From contig MU060401.1 in NCBI GenBank assembly GCA_013265495.1, positions 186,001-250,000 of the forward strand: DNA of 64,000 nt, given 5' to 3'. The position numbers were made by a program, and so were the translations under genes. Below, in pieces: positions 62,068-64,000 of the stretch. This DNA comes from Vicugna vicugna. Lineage: Eukaryota. Every line of letters begins with the position of its first letter. Positions within the stretch are counted from its first letter, which is position 1. The notes under the pieces were generated by a model. It had not been told where the DNA came from, did not search any database, and saw only the letters and a list, made by a program, of their open reading frames with translations.

Positions 62068-63699
62068 AGGCTTCTACCCTTAACTCCCTCCTAAAGGGAG
62101 GCTTCTATCTCCTAACTCCCTCGGCCTGAGCCTGGGAAGGTGGGTGGGGCCAGGAAGGCCAGAGGACCAGTGCATCCTGCCCACTGGTCTCCCCAGCTCT
62201 GGGTTCAAGAGAAGGTCAAGCACGACACAGCGAGAATTTTGCTTCTGTAAGCTCCAGTCTCCTCACCTCTCCAGTGGGGGTAAGAACCCCTCCCTCGTCA
62301 TTGGAAAGGTCATAAGAAATGACAATAACTCCTTTGCCAATTGTAAACAGCTATAAAATTCTCATTGTTTGGATTCCTTAAGCCCTCTGTCACCAGGAAG
62401 CTTAAGAAAAAGGTATATAAACATAATATGTGTACACACACCCCTAACATTTATTTGAGCGCTCCCTGCATGCCATTGTGCTCTGCAAAAGCCCTACAAG
62501 GATATTGTGTGTTTGCGGGTAAGAAAACTGAGGCTCAGAGAGGTGAAGCGACTTGCCTGAAGCCACACAGCTGGGAGGTCTGACTCCAGAGCCTGATGCC
62601 AAGAATCCCAAGTGAAGTCTCTTGGGTTCCCCCTGCTTCCCTGAGAGATTAGCAGGCCTGATCCCACCCCTCTGAGCCCTGTAAGCCTTAGCTTTGAACC
62701 CTTAAAGCCCAGACCTTCATCCAGTTCGCAGTCATCCCACGGAGCTGCCTTTCCTGAGCCACTTTCCCTGGTGTCCCTTTGCCTTTCCTTCAAGGCACAT
62801 ATAAGCGGCTACCACTGGGAAATCATACCTGCGGTGCTTTGTGAGTCCAGGACATTGAGGCTACCCACTGGCTGTCTCAGGGTGTCCTTTATGAAATCCC
62901 CTGCCCGGTGAGAAATGCCCTGGAGAATTCAGGATCAGGAACAACATTGCTTCCCCTGAGAAACTGGGCTGCTTCCTCATACCTGATAAACCAGCTGATC
63001 ACGTTTCCCTTTTTGATGTGGCCACAAGGAAGCTCAGAGGCACCCTTGCAGGTCCAAGGCAGCAAGCCCGTTCATCCTGTTGTCTGCAGCATCTGCATTG
63101 GTTTTGGTTGGCTCTGATGTCTATATCTAGTTATATTTTCTGTTGGTTTTAGTTCCTTGTGATTAAAATAAAAAATCGGGGCCGGGACATGATTAGACCC
63201 ATTTTCAGTTGGGGACACCAAGGCACAGGGAGATGAAGTAAGCTCAGTGACGTATTTTGCAGCACTGTAGCGCCTAAGGCCACTGTTGTTTTTGTTTCTG
63301 TCATTTTTGTTGTTAGCGGTGGTTCCGTCTATAACTAGAGCCTGCCAGGACTTTCTTTTGGTACCCGGTTCTGACCCCTCCTGCCTCCTTCCCCTCCAGT
63401 CCCCAGGCCTCTCCCTCTGATGCCGACCATGTCCTACCTGCTGCCCCACCCTGGGCCACCCCCTCACAAAAGTCCTGCTAGATAACCCTGGCCAGCCCCC
63501 AGCTCCGTGCCTGGAGCAGGGGAAGCCCTTAATGAGCATGTACATTACTATTACTGGCATCATAATTCCTTGGGCATTTACTATGTCACAGGTACAAGCC
63601 CATTAGCAATGTTGTCACAGACGGTCCCCAAGCAGCCCTGCAAACGGGCTGGTATCCTCTCCCCCTGAGGCTTTGGAAACATAGAGCTGGATGCCTACT

Positions 63700-64000
63700 G
63701 TTATCAGTCCGCTGGGGTTGCTGTAACGTAGGACCACGGACTGGGTGGAAAAACAGATATTTTTTTCCTCACAGTCCTGGAGGCTGGAAGTTCGAGATCA
63801 AGCCGTCCGCAGGGTGGGTTTCTCCTGAGGCCTCTCTCCTTGGCTTGCAGACGACCACCTTCTCCCTGTGTCTTCACTTGGTCTGCCCTCTGCATGTGTC
63901 GGGGTCCAAATCGCTTCTTCTTACGAGGACACCAGGCAGGTTGGATTAGGGCCCACCCTAATGGCCTCATTTTATCCGTATCACCTCTTTAAAAAATCCT
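63700..64000 (-). mobile_element. MaLR LTR (MLT1B/C-like), runs off the window end
   Basis: ctcacagtcctggaggctggaagttcgagatcaag...aggacaccagg...ggattagggcccaccctaatggcctcatttta. Confidence 0.85.

Noticed and set aside
62068-62122. Short direct repeat beside the SINE as a possible TSD
   Set aside because: Both copies lie on the same side of the SINE, so it is a small local tandem duplication with no evident function.

Overview
Mammalian genomic DNA, most likely camelid, judged from six copies of a tRNA-Ala-derived SINE matching what I recall as vic-1. Two genes converge tail to tail. (1) WSCD2, + strand: the last 7 coding exons (2121-2235, 5332-5516, 17221-17342, 20165-20339, 24119-24283, 26128-26328, 32680-33032) splice with canonical GT-AG into one 1316-nt open frame encoding two WSC domains and a sulfotransferase domain. 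Its 5' part lies upstream of the window and the probable poly(A) signal is at 34755. (2) CMKLR1, - strand: a 365-aa single-exon CDS (58569-57472), a 76-nt 5'UTR exon (59312-59237) and a ~3.5-kb 3'UTR. The rest is introns and a ~19-kb intergenic gap rich in MIR, L2, L1, MaLR/ERV LTRs and hAT fossils, with two N-gaps. I found no prokaryotic or CRISPR system, and no previously undescribed system is proven here. Best leads: an ERV solo LTR with a phased CCAAT array, two octamers, a TATA box and a broken poly(A) signal, whose first downstream ATG opens a 281-codon ORF pointing antisense toward CMKLR1; a near-perfect REST/RE1 site in a WSCD2 intron; a +4 tandem splice donor that predicts NMD; a 1-nt intron offset between the two WSC modules; and loss of the upstream CMKLR1 ATG. 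Repeat family names and human comparisons come from memory and need database confirmation. Repeat boundaries are approximate unless a TSD is given.
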